Assembly (NCBI GenBank): GCA_964537405.1
Contig: CAZIBS010000001.1
Coordinates: 2,035-60,548, forward strand
Direction of reading: 5' to 3'
Source of the DNA: an uncultured Thermoanaerobaculia bacterium
GTDB taxonomy: Bacteria > Acidobacteriota > UBA4820 > DSQY01
DNA: 58,514 nucleotides
Part shown: positions 28,021 to 37,322 of the stretch, piece after piece
Layout of the letters: every line of letters begins with the position of its first letter
How positions within the stretch are numbered: the first letter of the stretch is position 1
Program-made: the position numbers and the translations under genes
The notes under the pieces: generated by a model
The model's database searches: none
What the model saw: the letters and a program-made list of their open reading frames with translations, nothing else
What the model was told of the DNA's origin: nothing

Positions 28021-28698
28021 ATGGGTCAACGACAAAAGAAAAAAGGGTCGGCCCACTCTTCCGCAGACAACGACAGTGTCGACCGCAACGAATGGGGACG
28101 GCTCACGGGATGGCTCGTGGTGCTCGCTGTTGTTATAGTGGCCGTCGGAACGATGGTCCTGATCGTTCGGAGCCGTCCATCGAAAGTTATCAACAAGCCT
28201 CGGGTGGCGGTCCGGAACGATGTTTTAGCGGCCGAAACGACCGATCCGAGGATGGAAGAGGTGGAACGAACGCTCTTCTGCCCTTGTGGGAACTGCAACC
28301 TCAAGCTGAGCAAGTGCACGTGCGACAACGCCAACGGTGCGCTTGAGGTGAAGAAAACCATCGTTGCCCTGCTCGAGAGCGGCCTCGATGTAAAGGCCGT
28401 GGCGGCAACGTTGTCCAGCCGGTTTCCCGGTTCGTTGCGGAATACGAAAACGACCCCGGAGGTTGTTGAGCAGCCGATGGAGACCGCTTCCGGGGACTCG
28501 TTCGCCGCCGTCGTGGCTAAGCTCCACTGTTTGTGCGGCAACTGCCGGAAGCTCCTGGCAGAGTGCGAATGCGCTCACCGGAACGGGGCCATCGAGGTTA
28601 AGACGTTCATCAAGAAGCGACTGGCGGAGGGTTTCAGCGGTTCCGACGTGCTGTCGGCGGTGAAGCGAGTGTACGGGAGCCGTTTGTTTCATCCGTAA
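28021..28698 (+). CDS. Membrane-anchored protein with two Cys-rich CcmH/NrfF-like domains
   Basis: One TM helix, then LFCPCGNC.....KCTC and LHCLCGNC.....ECEC, each followed by helices ending L.[SE]G...[RV][FY].G; AAGGAG RBS before ATG 28021. Confidence 0.6.
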   Translation: MGQRQKKKGSAHSSADNDSVDRNEWGRLTGWLVVLAVVIVAVGTMVLIVRSRPSKVINKPRVAVRNDVLAAETTDPRMEEVERTLFCPCGNCNLKLSKCTCDNANGALEVKKTIVALLESGLDVKAVAATLSSRFPGSLRNTKTTPEVVEQPMETASGDSFAAVVAKLHCLCGNCRKLLAECECAHRNGAIEVKTFIKKRLAEGFSGSDVLSAVKRVYGSRLFHP

Positions 28699-28723
28699 AA
28701 CCGAAAACGAAAGGAGATATGCC

Positions 28724-29125
28724 ATGGATGTCAAGTACGCAATTGTCAGGGAGTTACATGACCTGGGATACGCCGAGGCTGTGGAACGAACCGTCGAGCT
28801 TCTCAAGAACGAAGGCTTCGGGGTCTTGACCGAGATCGACGTCAAGGCCACGCTGAAGTCCAAGCTCAACCTGGACTTCAAACGCTACGTAATTCTCGGC
28901 GCCTGCAACCCAACCTTCGCCCACCGGGCTCTGGCCGAAGAGCCGCTCATCGGTGTTTTCCTGCCGTGCAACGTTATCGTGATGGAACGCGACGGTGGAG
29001 GAAGCGTCGTAGCCGCCTTCAAGCCAACGGTCGGTTTCGCGCTGGTGAATAACCCCAATGTTGCTCCCATCGCCGAGGAAGTCGAGGAGCATCTCAAGAG
29101 GGCGCTGGACGGGCTGGGGGGGTAA
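28724..29125 (+). CDS. DUF302 domain protein
   Basis: GFGVLTEIDVKATLKSKL, YVILGACNP, IGVFLPCNVIV. Confidence 0.88.
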   Translation: MDVKYAIVRELHDLGYAEAVERTVELLKNEGFGVLTEIDVKATLKSKLNLDFKRYVILGACNPTFAHRALAEEPLIGVFLPCNVIVMERDGGGSVVAAFKPTVGFALVNNPNVAPIAEEVEEHLKRALDGLGG

Positions 29126-29217
29126 TAGCAACGGTGATTAGGCGATTTGCACCGCAAATTCCCACGTAACGGTTGATCGCCAATCGGCCACTCAATGGTT
29201 CTGCACGGCGGTGCTGA

Positions 29218-29246
29218 CCCGCGTAGGAGCGGCCTTCCTGTGCGGG
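29218..29246. terminator. GC-rich hairpin between convergent genes, overlapping the right island repeat
   Basis: CCCGCGTAGGA pairs with TCCTGTGCGGG (two G-U pairs). Confidence 0.45.
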
Positions 29247-29288
29247 CGGTCATCTCGTCACCGGACAAGCCATAGGATCAGGTCCAAA

Positions 29289-30227
29289 CTACGGTTGACC
29301 TTCTATTCGTCCAGATGGAGAAAGGATGGCGGAGTGTAGACGGTCTCCCTCCTTAAGGGTGCTTCCAACAAGCAAAACCGCCCTCCCGAGACGGGTTCCG
29401 GCTTCCACCTTGCAGTCCCGGCCTACGACGGCCGGTCCCGTGAAGAAGGCGTCCCGGGAAATTCGGGCCGATTCGTGACGGAGCACGCGATGGCCGCAGC
29501 GCTCTTCAAAGTCGCACCCGGGCGGCAGGGGAAAAGCGGGCCACTTCGAAGGCGCCGCGATGGAGGCGAGGGAACCATCCAGGTAGGAGGCGGGAGAACC
29601 CAGGTCAAGCCATTCTCCATCGAGTGAAAGGCCCCTTACCACGCCGGAGGGAAGCAACGGAGCGATGAGATCCGAAACGAACTCGGAGGGGGCCTTACCG
29701 TGGAGATATGAGAGAAGCTCCCTTCGTGCGGCGTAGGTGCCGAGAAAGATTTTGTCTCCGTACCCGAATGTTGTTACCGAGCCGGAGGGGGATAGCTCAA
29801 CCGGGGTATAGCCGGGACGCCGTGGACCAAGAGCCAGGGAGACCAAGGCTTCAGGATGGCCGTCAAGGTCATTCTCAAGTTTTCCCATGGAAAGTGTGTG
29901 AATGATGTCGGAATTGGTCGCCAGGAAGGTCTTCCCCTCTATCCTGCTCCTGATCGGGACGAAGAGGCCCGCGGTCCCGAGGATTTTGGATTCGTAGGAG
30001 AAGGAGATATCCAGCGCGCCGGAATAGCTTTCGGCGCAGCTCTTAACCTGTCCCGACAGGTGGTGAAGGTTGATGAAAACGCGGTCTATCCCCGCCCTCT
30101 CCAGTGTTTCGAGAGTCCAGTGCAGGAGGGGCTTGGTAAGGAAGGGAATGGACGGTTTGGGAATGCCCTTTGTAATGGGAAGCATCCGGGTTCCGAGTCC
30201 CGCCGCGAGGACAACAGCTTCACGAAT
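29289..30227 (-). CDS. Sugar-phosphate nucleotidyltransferase (mannose-1-P guanylyltransferase/MurU-like); start codon anomalous
   Basis: The frame extends upstream of the called ATG to IREAVVLAAGLGTRMLP; PKP, INLHHL, LGTAG, WLDLGSP; short beta-helix-like C-terminus. Confidence 0.85.
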   Translation of the reverse strand: MREAVVLAAGLGTRMLPITKGIPKPSIPFLTKPLLHWTLETLERAGIDRVFINLHHLSGQVKSCAESYSGALDISFSYESKILGTAGLFVPIRSRIEGKTFLATNSDIIHTLSMGKLENDLDGHPEALVSLALGPRRPGYTPVELSPSGSVTTFGYGDKIFLGTYAARRELLSYLHGKAPSEFVSDLIAPLLPSGVVRGLSLDGEWLDLGSPASYLDGSLASIAAPSKWPAFPLPPGCDFEERCGHRVLRHESARISRDAFFTGPAVVGRDCKVEAGTRLGRAVLLVGSTLKEGDRLHSAILSPSGRIEGQP

Positions 30228-30780
30228 TTTTGTCTTCCTTTTCGAACAAAATGTTGCCGAATGGTTTTCCCAACTTCCGGCAGTGTTCGCCGTAGAGATC
30301 GGCGTATGAGCGCCTCAAAAAAGAGGAGCTATCCAATTCCAGGGCCGCCGCGAGGGCCTCGATGCTCTCGGGGCTGCCCTCGAGTTCGAGAAAATTGCCG
30401 AAGGGCATTTCGTCGAGACAGAGAATCGCTCCGGGCGCCTGGTACTCCCGGCGGTACTTTTCGTACTTAAAAAAGGTTCTTAAACCGATATTCTCCAGGA
30501 TGGCGCGTAACTTCTCTCCATTGTCGCAGCGGGTCTCCTCCTCCGGCCTGATCTTATACCTGTCGTGGCTGACCACCTTGCCCTTGAAGGTGAAGAGCGC
30601 CCCTTCAACGGTTTCCCTTACGCGCAACATGCACCCGCTTATGGAGAGGGGACGCTCCGGGAAGTCGTAGAGGAAGTTGCCTTCGAAGAGCCTGGGCTGC
30701 AGGACTTCATAGCCAAGTTCTTCTGCTTTCCCGACGTAGGTCTTCAGGTCTTCCACGCGGACTTTTACTTCGATTTCCAT
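30220..30780 (-). CDS. CYTH domain protein (class IV adenylate cyclase-like)
   Basis: EIEVK, LRVR, FTFKG, YEKYR, FLELEG. Confidence 0.88.
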   Translation of the reverse strand: MEIEVKVRVEDLKTYVGKAEELGYEVLQPRLFEGNFLYDFPERPLSISGCMLRVRETVEGALFTFKGKVVSHDRYKIRPEEETRCDNGEKLRAILENIGLRTFFKYEKYRREYQAPGAILCLDEMPFGNFLELEGSPESIEALAAALELDSSSFLRRSYADLYGEHCRKLGKPFGNILFEKEDKNS

Positions 30781-31397
30781 GAAACGGCTCCTTTCCAGGA
30801 TTCCTTCAGGGCTGCAAGGGATGAAACGAAGCGTGCTTCGTTGCGCTTCGGAACACGGGCGATCAGGGTAAGGGATTCACCGTAGCCGGCGTCTTCCACC
30901 GTTACGTTGATGGCCTCCAGTTTGTGGCGGAGGACGCCCTGGGCTTCGTAGGGAAGCGTAATGGACCATTCGGCCCCGGGTATGCTGGTCTTCAACCGCG
31001 CCTCTTCCAGCGTTAGGGTCGCCGTAGCGCGGTAGGCGCGCGCAAGGCCGCCCGTCCCGAGCTTCACGCCTCCGAAGTAGCGGACCACAACGAGGCACGC
31101 GTCTGAAACACCTCGCTTTTTCAGGCTCGCCAGGATCGGCGGCCCGGCGGTGCGGCCCGGCTCTCCGTCGTCGCCGCAACGAACCGTCAATTCCTCTCTC
31201 CATCCGGTCCTGTAGGCCCAGCAGTGGTGGGTGGCATCGTGGCGCTTTTTCCTGAGCCCCGCCAGAAAGTCCATCGCTTCCTCCGGCGTCTTCGCGGGAG
31301 CGAGGAAACCGAGGAATAGCGAACCCTTCTCTTTATATTTGGATGAACTCCCACCCGTCGGGGAAAGGTAGGACCACAGGTCAGGAGCGGAGTGCAT
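30765..31397 (-). CDS. yigZ: YigZ/IMPACT family protein
   Basis: DATHHCWAY, DDGEPGRTAG, VVRYFGGVKLGTGGLARAY. Confidence 0.92.
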   Translation of the reverse strand: MHSAPDLWSYLSPTGGSSSKYKEKGSLFLGFLAPAKTPEEAMDFLAGLRKKRHDATHHCWAYRTGWREELTVRCGDDGEPGRTAGPPILASLKKRGVSDACLVVVRYFGGVKLGTGGLARAYRATATLTLEEARLKTSIPGAEWSITLPYEAQGVLRHKLEAINVTVEDAGYGESLTLIARVPKRNEARFVSSLAALKESWKGAVSWKSK

Positions 31398-31728
31398 CGA
31401 CGGCCTCCTCCACCGTATCCCGTATGGCGAAAAGGGCGGGAAGCCCGAGAAGATCGAAGACCTTGAATATCTTTGGGGCCATGGTGCTCAGGACCATGTC
31501 TCCACCGTTGTCCCTGAGCGTCTGGATGTAAGAGAGAACTACTTCGATCCCCGATGAGCCGATGTATCGAAGCTTGGAAAAATCGACAACCAACTTGTAG
31601 TGGCCCTTCCCGACGTGGTTCACGACGGCCTCCCGGAAGAGTCCGTGGTTGTTGGCGTCAAGAAAACCTTCGAGGTGGATGATCCAGACGCCGTCTCTTG
31701 ATTCTGAAGAAACCTGCAAATTATTCAT
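31381..31728 (-). CDS. STAS domain anti-sigma-factor antagonist
   Basis: GFLDA, VVDFSKLRYIGSSG, VFDLLG; ATG at 31728 overlaps the upstream stop. Confidence 0.88.
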   Translation of the reverse strand: MNNLQVSSESRDGVWIIHLEGFLDANNHGLFREAVVNHVGKGHYKLVVDFSKLRYIGSSGIEVVLSYIQTLRDNGGDMVLSTMAPKIFKVFDLLGLPALFAIRDTVEEAVDALRS

Positions 31729-32612
31729 GGCCTCTCCCGCCAATACTCGAAGAAATTATACCACTGATCGGGATAGCGTTCCAGAATCGCACCAAAGAAG
31801 TCCGCTGTTCGCTGCATAACGGCCCCGGGATCGCCGGGGTCTCCGGGCGGTATGAGTTCGCCGGCGAAGGCCGAGTACAACCCATTCCCTTCCGCCATTA
31901 CGGCCGTGGGAAGAATAGAAACGCCGCTAAGCGCCGAAAGAAGGGCGGGACTCTTGACGAAGCAGGTGGAACGCCCATTGAGCCTAACCTCGACGTTATC
32001 TTTACCGATGGCTCTGTCCACGAGGATGACCACATTCCCGCCCCGATCCAAAATTCGCCTGATGGCGATGGGGGTGGTTGGTCCAAGGCCGGTGTTGAGA
32101 CTGACGTTGCCGGAGGCCTGCCTCTTAGCCCGGCGAAGCGTTTCCACGCGCCGGTTTCTTTCCGGAAAGCCGATGATGTAGTGGCGTCCCACCACCTTGC
32201 CTATGTAGATGCCTCCGACTTCCCAGTTGCCAAGGTGGGCCGCTACGAGGATCCTGCCTTTGGTGCCGGGGACGGAAAATGTTCCGCTGGCGTCATGGAC
32301 CGGAACCACCCTTGGGGGATCGAAGTCCGCGCGAAGGTAATCAATAACGCCGCGTCCGTAGGAGGCGAAGGTGTTCCTTGCCAGTTCTTTCGCCCTGTTG
32401 GCGTTAAGGTTGGGGAAGGCGCCGGAGATGTTGTGGTAGACCGCCGCCGCGGTTTCCGGTTTGAACCCCTGGTACCACTCCATAAGAGAATCGGAGGCGG
32501 TGTAAATGGCGTGTCTGGTCAAGAGTCTGGAGGCCAACCCCGAGAGATGGAAGACCCAACCCGTGTTAAAGACGCTGGAATTCCAGTTCCGGTAGACCTC
32601 ATCCGCGGGCAT
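31725..32612 (-). CDS. LpxL/PatA-family lipid acyltransferase
   Basis: AHLGNWE, ILVDR, YPDQWY. Confidence 0.82.
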   Translation of the reverse strand: MPADEVYRNWNSSVFNTGWVFHLSGLASRLLTRHAIYTASDSLMEWYQGFKPETAAAVYHNISGAFPNLNANRAKELARNTFASYGRGVIDYLRADFDPPRVVPVHDASGTFSVPGTKGRILVAAHLGNWEVGGIYIGKVVGRHYIIGFPERNRRVETLRRAKRQASGNVSLNTGLGPTTPIAIRRILDRGGNVVILVDRAIGKDNVEVRLNGRSTCFVKSPALLSALSGVSILPTAVMAEGNGLYSAFAGELIPPGDPGDPGAVMQRTADFFGAILERYPDQWYNFFEYWRERP

Positions 32613-33345
32613 ATCTAAGCGCCGCCATGGAAATCTCGTAGGTGTCCGCTACGGGCCTGAAGTGGCTGCCCTGACCGGCATAAACCGCGCTCACCGGTAC
32701 CGTTTTCCAGCGCGCGCCGAGATGAAGGGCCTTCAGCAGCATTTCGGTATCGATCTCAAAACCGGAGGATTCCAGCTTCATCTTTGCAAGAAGGCTTCCC
32801 CTGAAGGCGCGGTAGCCGCACTGGGTGTCGGGAATGCAAGCGCCGGAGATCCACCGCAGTATTTTGCTGCCTACCCTGTTTGTAATAAAACGGTAGGCGG
32901 GAAAGTTGCCCGCCTCCTCAAGGCGGTTGCCGATTAACATATCCACGGATTCGTCCATCGCACCAAGAAAGCGCGGTGCTTCGCGTGCGAGGTGCTGTCC
33001 ATCTCCGTCAAGGAAAAGGAGCCAATCGGGGAGGAATGAAACTTTGAGTTTACGGATGCCCCAACTGATAGCCGATCCCTTGCCCAGTGGGCCTTCAAGC
33101 CGGACTACGGTTGCACCGGCCTCGGAAGCGAGAGAAGCCGTGTCGTCGATGGAGCCATCGTCCACCACCAGCACTTTTAAGTCCAATTCGAGGAGTTCCT
33201 CCACGATCTTCCCGATCTGTGTGGCACAGTTGTATGCTGGAATAAGAGCGGTAACGCGGCATACCGGCGCGGTCCGGGCTTCTACGCTGCGATCTCGTAG
33301 GGAAGCTTTCTCCTTCTCCGGAGGTGACGAAGCAGGGCGGCTCAT
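32599..33345 (-). CDS. Family 2 glycosyltransferase (DPM1-like)
   Basis: [29 protein letters not shown]; ATG at 33345 overlaps the pta stop. Confidence 0.88.
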   Translation of the reverse strand: MSRPASSPPEKEKASLRDRSVEARTAPVCRVTALIPAYNCATQIGKIVEELLELDLKVLVVDDGSIDDTASLASEAGATVVRLEGPLGKGSAISWGIRKLKVSFLPDWLLFLDGDGQHLAREAPRFLGAMDESVDMLIGNRLEEAGNFPAYRFITNRVGSKILRWISGACIPDTQCGYRAFRGSLLAKMKLESSGFEIDTEMLLKALHLGARWKTVPVSAVYAGQGSHFRPVADTYEISMAALRYARG

Positions 33346-34379
33346 GGGTCCCCGTGCGGCTCCACACCAGCGGCGGCCATGGCCTGGGCCTGGATGGCCG
33401 TAATGGCGGCAACGTCGGCGATGTCCTCCGCCGTACATCCTCGGCTGAGGTCGTTGGCCGGTGCGGAGAGCCCCTGAAGAACCGGTCCCAGCGAAATCGC
33501 GCCCGCAAGCCGCTCGGTCAGCTTGTAGGCGATGTTGCCGGCGTCCAGGTTCGGAAAGATGAGGACATTGGCCTGGCCGGCCACCGGGCTTAAGGGCGCC
33601 TTAGACGCGCCTATAGCCGGGACCAGGGCGGCATCGCCCTGTAATTCGCCGTCCGCGGCAACGTTTGGAGCACGCGCCTTGAAGGTTTCAAAGGCGGCGC
33701 GAACCATCTCTACGTTCGGATGCTCGGCGGAACCCTTGGTGGAGAAGGAGAGAAAGGCTACTTTGGGCTCGGCCTTAACGAGGAATCTGAAGGAGTCGGC
33801 GGCGCAGAGGGCGATCTCCGCGAGTTGGGTCGAATCCGGGTATGGAACGATTGCGCAGTCGGAATATACGAAAACGCCCTTCTCCCCGTACTCGGTCTTC
33901 GGCGTCACCATCAGGAAGCAGGAGGAGACGGTGTGAATTCCGGGCGCGGGACCGAAGCAACGCAGGTAGGCCCTGACCGAATGGGCGGTCGTATGGGTGG
34001 CGCCCGACACGAGGCCGTCCGCCCCGCCGAGGGCGACGTACATGCAGCCGGAGTATAGTGCCCCGGAAAGAAGGTTGAGCGCCTCTTCCTCTGTTATGCC
34101 CCGCCTGGCGTTGCGTTCGAGGTATACGCGCACGGCGTCCCTTAGGAAGGTCGGCTTCGATGGATCGTGGATCTCAACCCCTTCGAGAGAGATACCCAAC
34201 GAGCGTGCCTTTGACCTAACGGAGACCGGTTCTCCCACAAGAACGGGTTCAACCGTACCGGTCTTTAGCAACAGGGCAGCGGCCCTGAGGGTCCTGTCGT
34301 CCGCCGATTCCGGCAGCACGATCCGCTTCCTGTCAGCGGCGGCGCGAGTACGAATTTCATCCAGCAATTTCATTCTCAT
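33342..34379 (-). CDS. pta: Phosphate acetyltransferase (short form)
   Basis: [42 protein letters not shown]. Confidence 0.93.
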   Translation of the reverse strand: MRMKLLDEIRTRAAADRKRIVLPESADDRTLRAAALLLKTGTVEPVLVGEPVSVRSKARSLGISLEGVEIHDPSKPTFLRDAVRVYLERNARRGITEEEALNLLSGALYSGCMYVALGGADGLVSGATHTTAHSVRAYLRCFGPAPGIHTVSSCFLMVTPKTEYGEKGVFVYSDCAIVPYPDSTQLAEIALCAADSFRFLVKAEPKVAFLSFSTKGSAEHPNVEMVRAAFETFKARAPNVAADGELQGDAALVPAIGASKAPLSPVAGQANVLIFPNLDAGNIAYKLTERLAGAISLGPVLQGLSAPANDLSRGCTAEDIADVAAITAIQAQAMAAAGVEPHGDP

Positions 34380-34520
34380 CCCTCCTTAATTCAGTATATC
34401 AGTAAAGCGGGTATAGCGCCAAACTCTACGGGTTGCCTCAATCCCGCGATTGCTTGATGCGGATAGTTATGAAAGGCCCTGCGGTTCGTGTTTTTGCGCC
34501 TACGCTGTTCCACTCATCAA

Positions 34521-34608
34521 GGGATTGGAGGCCTTCGGGCCGAAGGCCGGGGAGCAACCCCGGCTGGCTTTGCCCACCTGCCGGCAGGCGAACCCTTCCA
34601 CGAATCCC
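34521..34608. other. Highly structured intergenic segment (candidate ncRNA or REP-like element)
   Basis: Outer stem GGGATT..GGAGG / CCTTCC..AATCCC enclosing the palindromes GGCCTTCGG-G-CCGAAGGCC, GCCGGGG-AGCAA-CCCCGGC and CCTGCCGGCAGG. Confidence 0.35.
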
Positions 34609-34661
34609 GGTGCGGGTGGTGAATCCTGAAATCTGATGTATAATCGACGGCGGAGGTATTT

Positions 34662-35759
34662 ATGGCCGTTTCGTGCGGAATCGTTGGATTGCCGAGAGCG
34701 GGGAAAACCACTATCTTCAATGCGCTGACGGCTGGGGGGGCGAAGGTTGGCAGCTTCACCGGCGGCTCTTCGGACCCGAACATCGGTCGGGCACTGGTGC
34801 CGGACTCCAGGCTCAACGACCTGGGTGCGGTCTTCGGGTCCGGAAAAATCACCCCGACGACCTTGAAGTTCGTTGACGTTGCGGGACTTGTCAGGGGTTC
34901 ATCGAGGGGCGACGGGTTGGGGAACCGGTTCCTGGCGCACATTCGCGAGGTGGACTGTGTTGTCCACGTAGTGCGTTGTTTCGAGAATGCACAGGTGCCG
35001 CACGAAGATGGAACAATTGATCCCGTGCGGGACGCGGAAACGGTCCACCTCGAGTTGGCCCTGGCCGACCTCTCTACGGTGGAGCGAGTGGAGGAGCGGG
35101 CGGCAAAGCTCGCTCGTTCCGGAGACAAGGAGGCAAAGCGCCTGATTGCGGTAATAGAAAAGCTGAAGGCGCCCTTGGAAGAGGGCAGGGCGGCCAGGGA
35201 CGCCGGGCTCAAGAGGGATGAACTGGTCCTCGTTCGCGACCTCAACCTCCTCACGTTGAAACCGGTCCTCTACGTGGCTAACGTGGACGAGACCGGGCTC
35301 GTGTCCGAACATGGTTACCCCGCCGCGTTGGAATCGCTTGCGGAAGTGGAGGGAAGCCAGTGCGTACGTATCTCGGGCCGGATCGAGGCCGAGATGACGT
35401 CGCTGCCGGAGGAAGAGCGCCTGGAGTTCATGGAAGCTTACGGTCTTAAGCGCTCCGGTCTCGACAAGCTTATCCACGCGGCCTTTTCCACCCTTGACCT
35501 GATGACTTTCCTGACGGCCGGCAAGGACGAGACGCGGGCGTGGACCATCAGGAAAGGAACTCTGGCGCCACAGGCGGCCGGCAAAATCCATAGCGATCTC
35601 GAACGTGGATTCATTCGTCTTGAAGTTTACAATTACGAAGACTGGGCAGCCTGCGGAAGGGACGAGAAGAAGGTCAGGGAGAAGGGGCTGTGGCGCTCCG
35701 AGGGAAAGGACTACGTTATGCGGGAGGGCGACGTTTGCCTCGTCCGCTTCAATGTTTGA
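34662..35759 (+). CDS. ychF: Redox-regulated ATPase YchF
   Basis: GIVGLPRAGKTT, DVAGLVRG, GLGNRFL, APQAAGKIHSDLERGFI, RFNV; GGAGG RBS and TATAAT at 34639-34644. Confidence 0.95.
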   Translation: MAVSCGIVGLPRAGKTTIFNALTAGGAKVGSFTGGSSDPNIGRALVPDSRLNDLGAVFGSGKITPTTLKFVDVAGLVRGSSRGDGLGNRFLAHIREVDCVVHVVRCFENAQVPHEDGTIDPVRDAETVHLELALADLSTVERVEERAAKLARSGDKEAKRLIAVIEKLKAPLEEGRAARDAGLKRDELVLVRDLNLLTLKPVLYVANVDETGLVSEHGYPAALESLAEVEGSQCVRISGRIEAEMTSLPEEERLEFMEAYGLKRSGLDKLIHAAFSTLDLMTFLTAGKDETRAWTIRKGTLAPQAAGKIHSDLERGFIRLEVYNYEDWAACGRDEKKVREKGLWRSEGKDYVMREGDVCLVRFNV

Positions 35760-35881
35760 ACGGTGCATTTCTCGTAATTGAAGGGATGTAGCGGCGCCGA
35801 ATGTCCTTTGAAAAAGGCCGCTTCCTTGAGCGGCCCCGCTAAAATAGGGTAATATTGTAGAGGAAGGAGAATTGTTCGAAG

Positions 35882-37312
35882 ATGGCAGCAGACAGACGCG
35901 TGAATCTGGACTGGATCACCATAAAATACAAAGACCTTTATACGCTAATCGGCATCGTTGTCTTGGTGCTGGGTGTCCTCGGCGGCGGATTTCTTCTATG
36001 GCGCTGGCACGCAAACCCCCAAACCCGGGCCGACAGGGCACTTAACCATGCCCAACGGGTACTGGACAGCTTGGACATTCCTTCCGTCGGCTCCAACGTC
36101 GGCGCGACACTGGCCCAGGCCAGGGTTGTTCTCTCTCGGGGACGCGAGGAGTACAGGTCCGGTAAATACAAAAAGGCTTTTTCCATTGCCAAGGACGTTC
36201 TGACCACGTTGAACGACGTCAGGAGCGATAGAAACAAAACGCAAAAGTACGCGGTTCTCGTGGACATTGAGGGATCGGTGGAAGTAAAGAAAACGGGGCA
36301 GCACCTCTTTTCCAATGCCAAGGATCAGATGGTCCTTGAAGATGGTGATGTCGTGCATACCGATCTGAGCAGTTACGCGCGCATTAAGTACCACAACGGC
36401 ATGGTACAGATCGTTATGCCCGACTCCCTCCTTATGATCCAGACGATGACGGCGTCGCGAAGCGGAATCAACAAGATCAAGGTAGCGTCGATCCAGGGGG
36501 GCGTCGAAACACGGACGCCCGACACGATGACCAGCAGGGACGAGATGGTTATCAACACGAAGACTACAACCATCCGGCCGGCCCCCGCTTCAAGGGTGGC
36601 CGTTGCACAAACCAAAACGGGAGAGACAAAAATCGCCGCGCTTTCGGGCTCGGCGGAGGTCGAAGCGGACGGCCAGACAGAGCGCATCAAAGCCGGGCCT
36701 TCGGGCGCCTCCATCGTTAGTTCGGCAACCGGACTGGGGCCGATCAAGGCTCTCCTTCCGCCCCCCAAGGTTCTGTATCCCGAAGACCAACAGATAATCC
36801 GGGTGAACGACCCGATCCACTATACCCTGGCCTTCAAATGGCAGCCTTCCGCCGGGAAGAAAACTAAGTTCGAGATCTCGGCGAGAGCACTCTTCTCAAA
36901 GCTCCTTGCTCCCGACCGGATTATACAGGGCAATTCCATAACGGTGGACGGGCTTCCGGCCGGCAGCTACTACTGGAGGCTAAGAGCCGCCGGCAGCGAG
37001 ACGGAGACCTACTGGTCGCCGATTCACCGCTTCCGCTTGCTCCAGGTTTATCAGCGGCCGCGGATAAAGAGGAATCTTAAACTCACGGTCGTAGCTACAC
37101 CGATCGGGGACGGAGTGATACTTCAGGGAAAGACCGATCCTGGAGTTTCCGTATCGGTCAACGACATTGGAATACCGGTGAACACCGATGGCTCCTTCAG
37201 CAAGATATTTCTTTTCTCCGATGTTGGAATCCAAACCGTTCAGGTCAGGGCTTTCGACGAGGAAGGAAACCAGAAGGTCTGGAAAAGACAGTTTCAATCC
37301 GTCTCTTACTGA
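35882..37312 (+). CDS. Membrane-anchored FecR-domain protein with C-terminal Ig/FN3-like domains
   Basis: N-terminal TM helix; GSVEVKK...LEDGDVVHT...ARIKY..G (FecR-like); GSYYWRLRA; GKTDPGVSVSVN. Confidence 0.6.
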   Translation: MAADRRVNLDWITIKYKDLYTLIGIVVLVLGVLGGGFLLWRWHANPQTRADRALNHAQRVLDSLDIPSVGSNVGATLAQARVVLSRGREEYRSGKYKKAFSIAKDVLTTLNDVRSDRNKTQKYAVLVDIEGSVEVKKTGQHLFSNAKDQMVLEDGDVVHTDLSSYARIKYHNGMVQIVMPDSLLMIQTMTASRSGINKIKVASIQGGVETRTPDTMTSRDEMVINTKTTTIRPAPASRVAVAQTKTGETKIAALSGSAEVEADGQTERIKAGPSGASIVSSATGLGPIKALLPPPKVLYPEDQQIIRVNDPIHYTLAFKWQPSAGKKTKFEISARALFSKLLAPDRIIQGNSITVDGLPAGSYYWRLRAAGSETETYWSPIHRFRLLQVYQRPRIKRNLKLTVVATPIGDGVILQGKTDPGVSVSVNDIGIPVNTDGSFSKIFLFSDVGIQTVQVRAFDEEGNQKVWKRQFQSVSY

Positions 37313-37322
37313 GCCGGGACAG

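Larger units (their letters stand above)
12601..29223. mobile_element. Putative copper/silver-resistance genomic island without a recognisable integrase or transposase
   Basis: A continuous block of metal-homeostasis genes between housekeeping genes, bracketed by the direct repeat CTGACCCGCG at 12601-12610 and 29214-29223. Confidence 0.5.

Noticed and set aside
35812-35835. Hairpin after ychF as its intrinsic terminator
   Set aside because: The A-run precedes the stem, so the U-tract would be on the minus strand, opposite to ychF.
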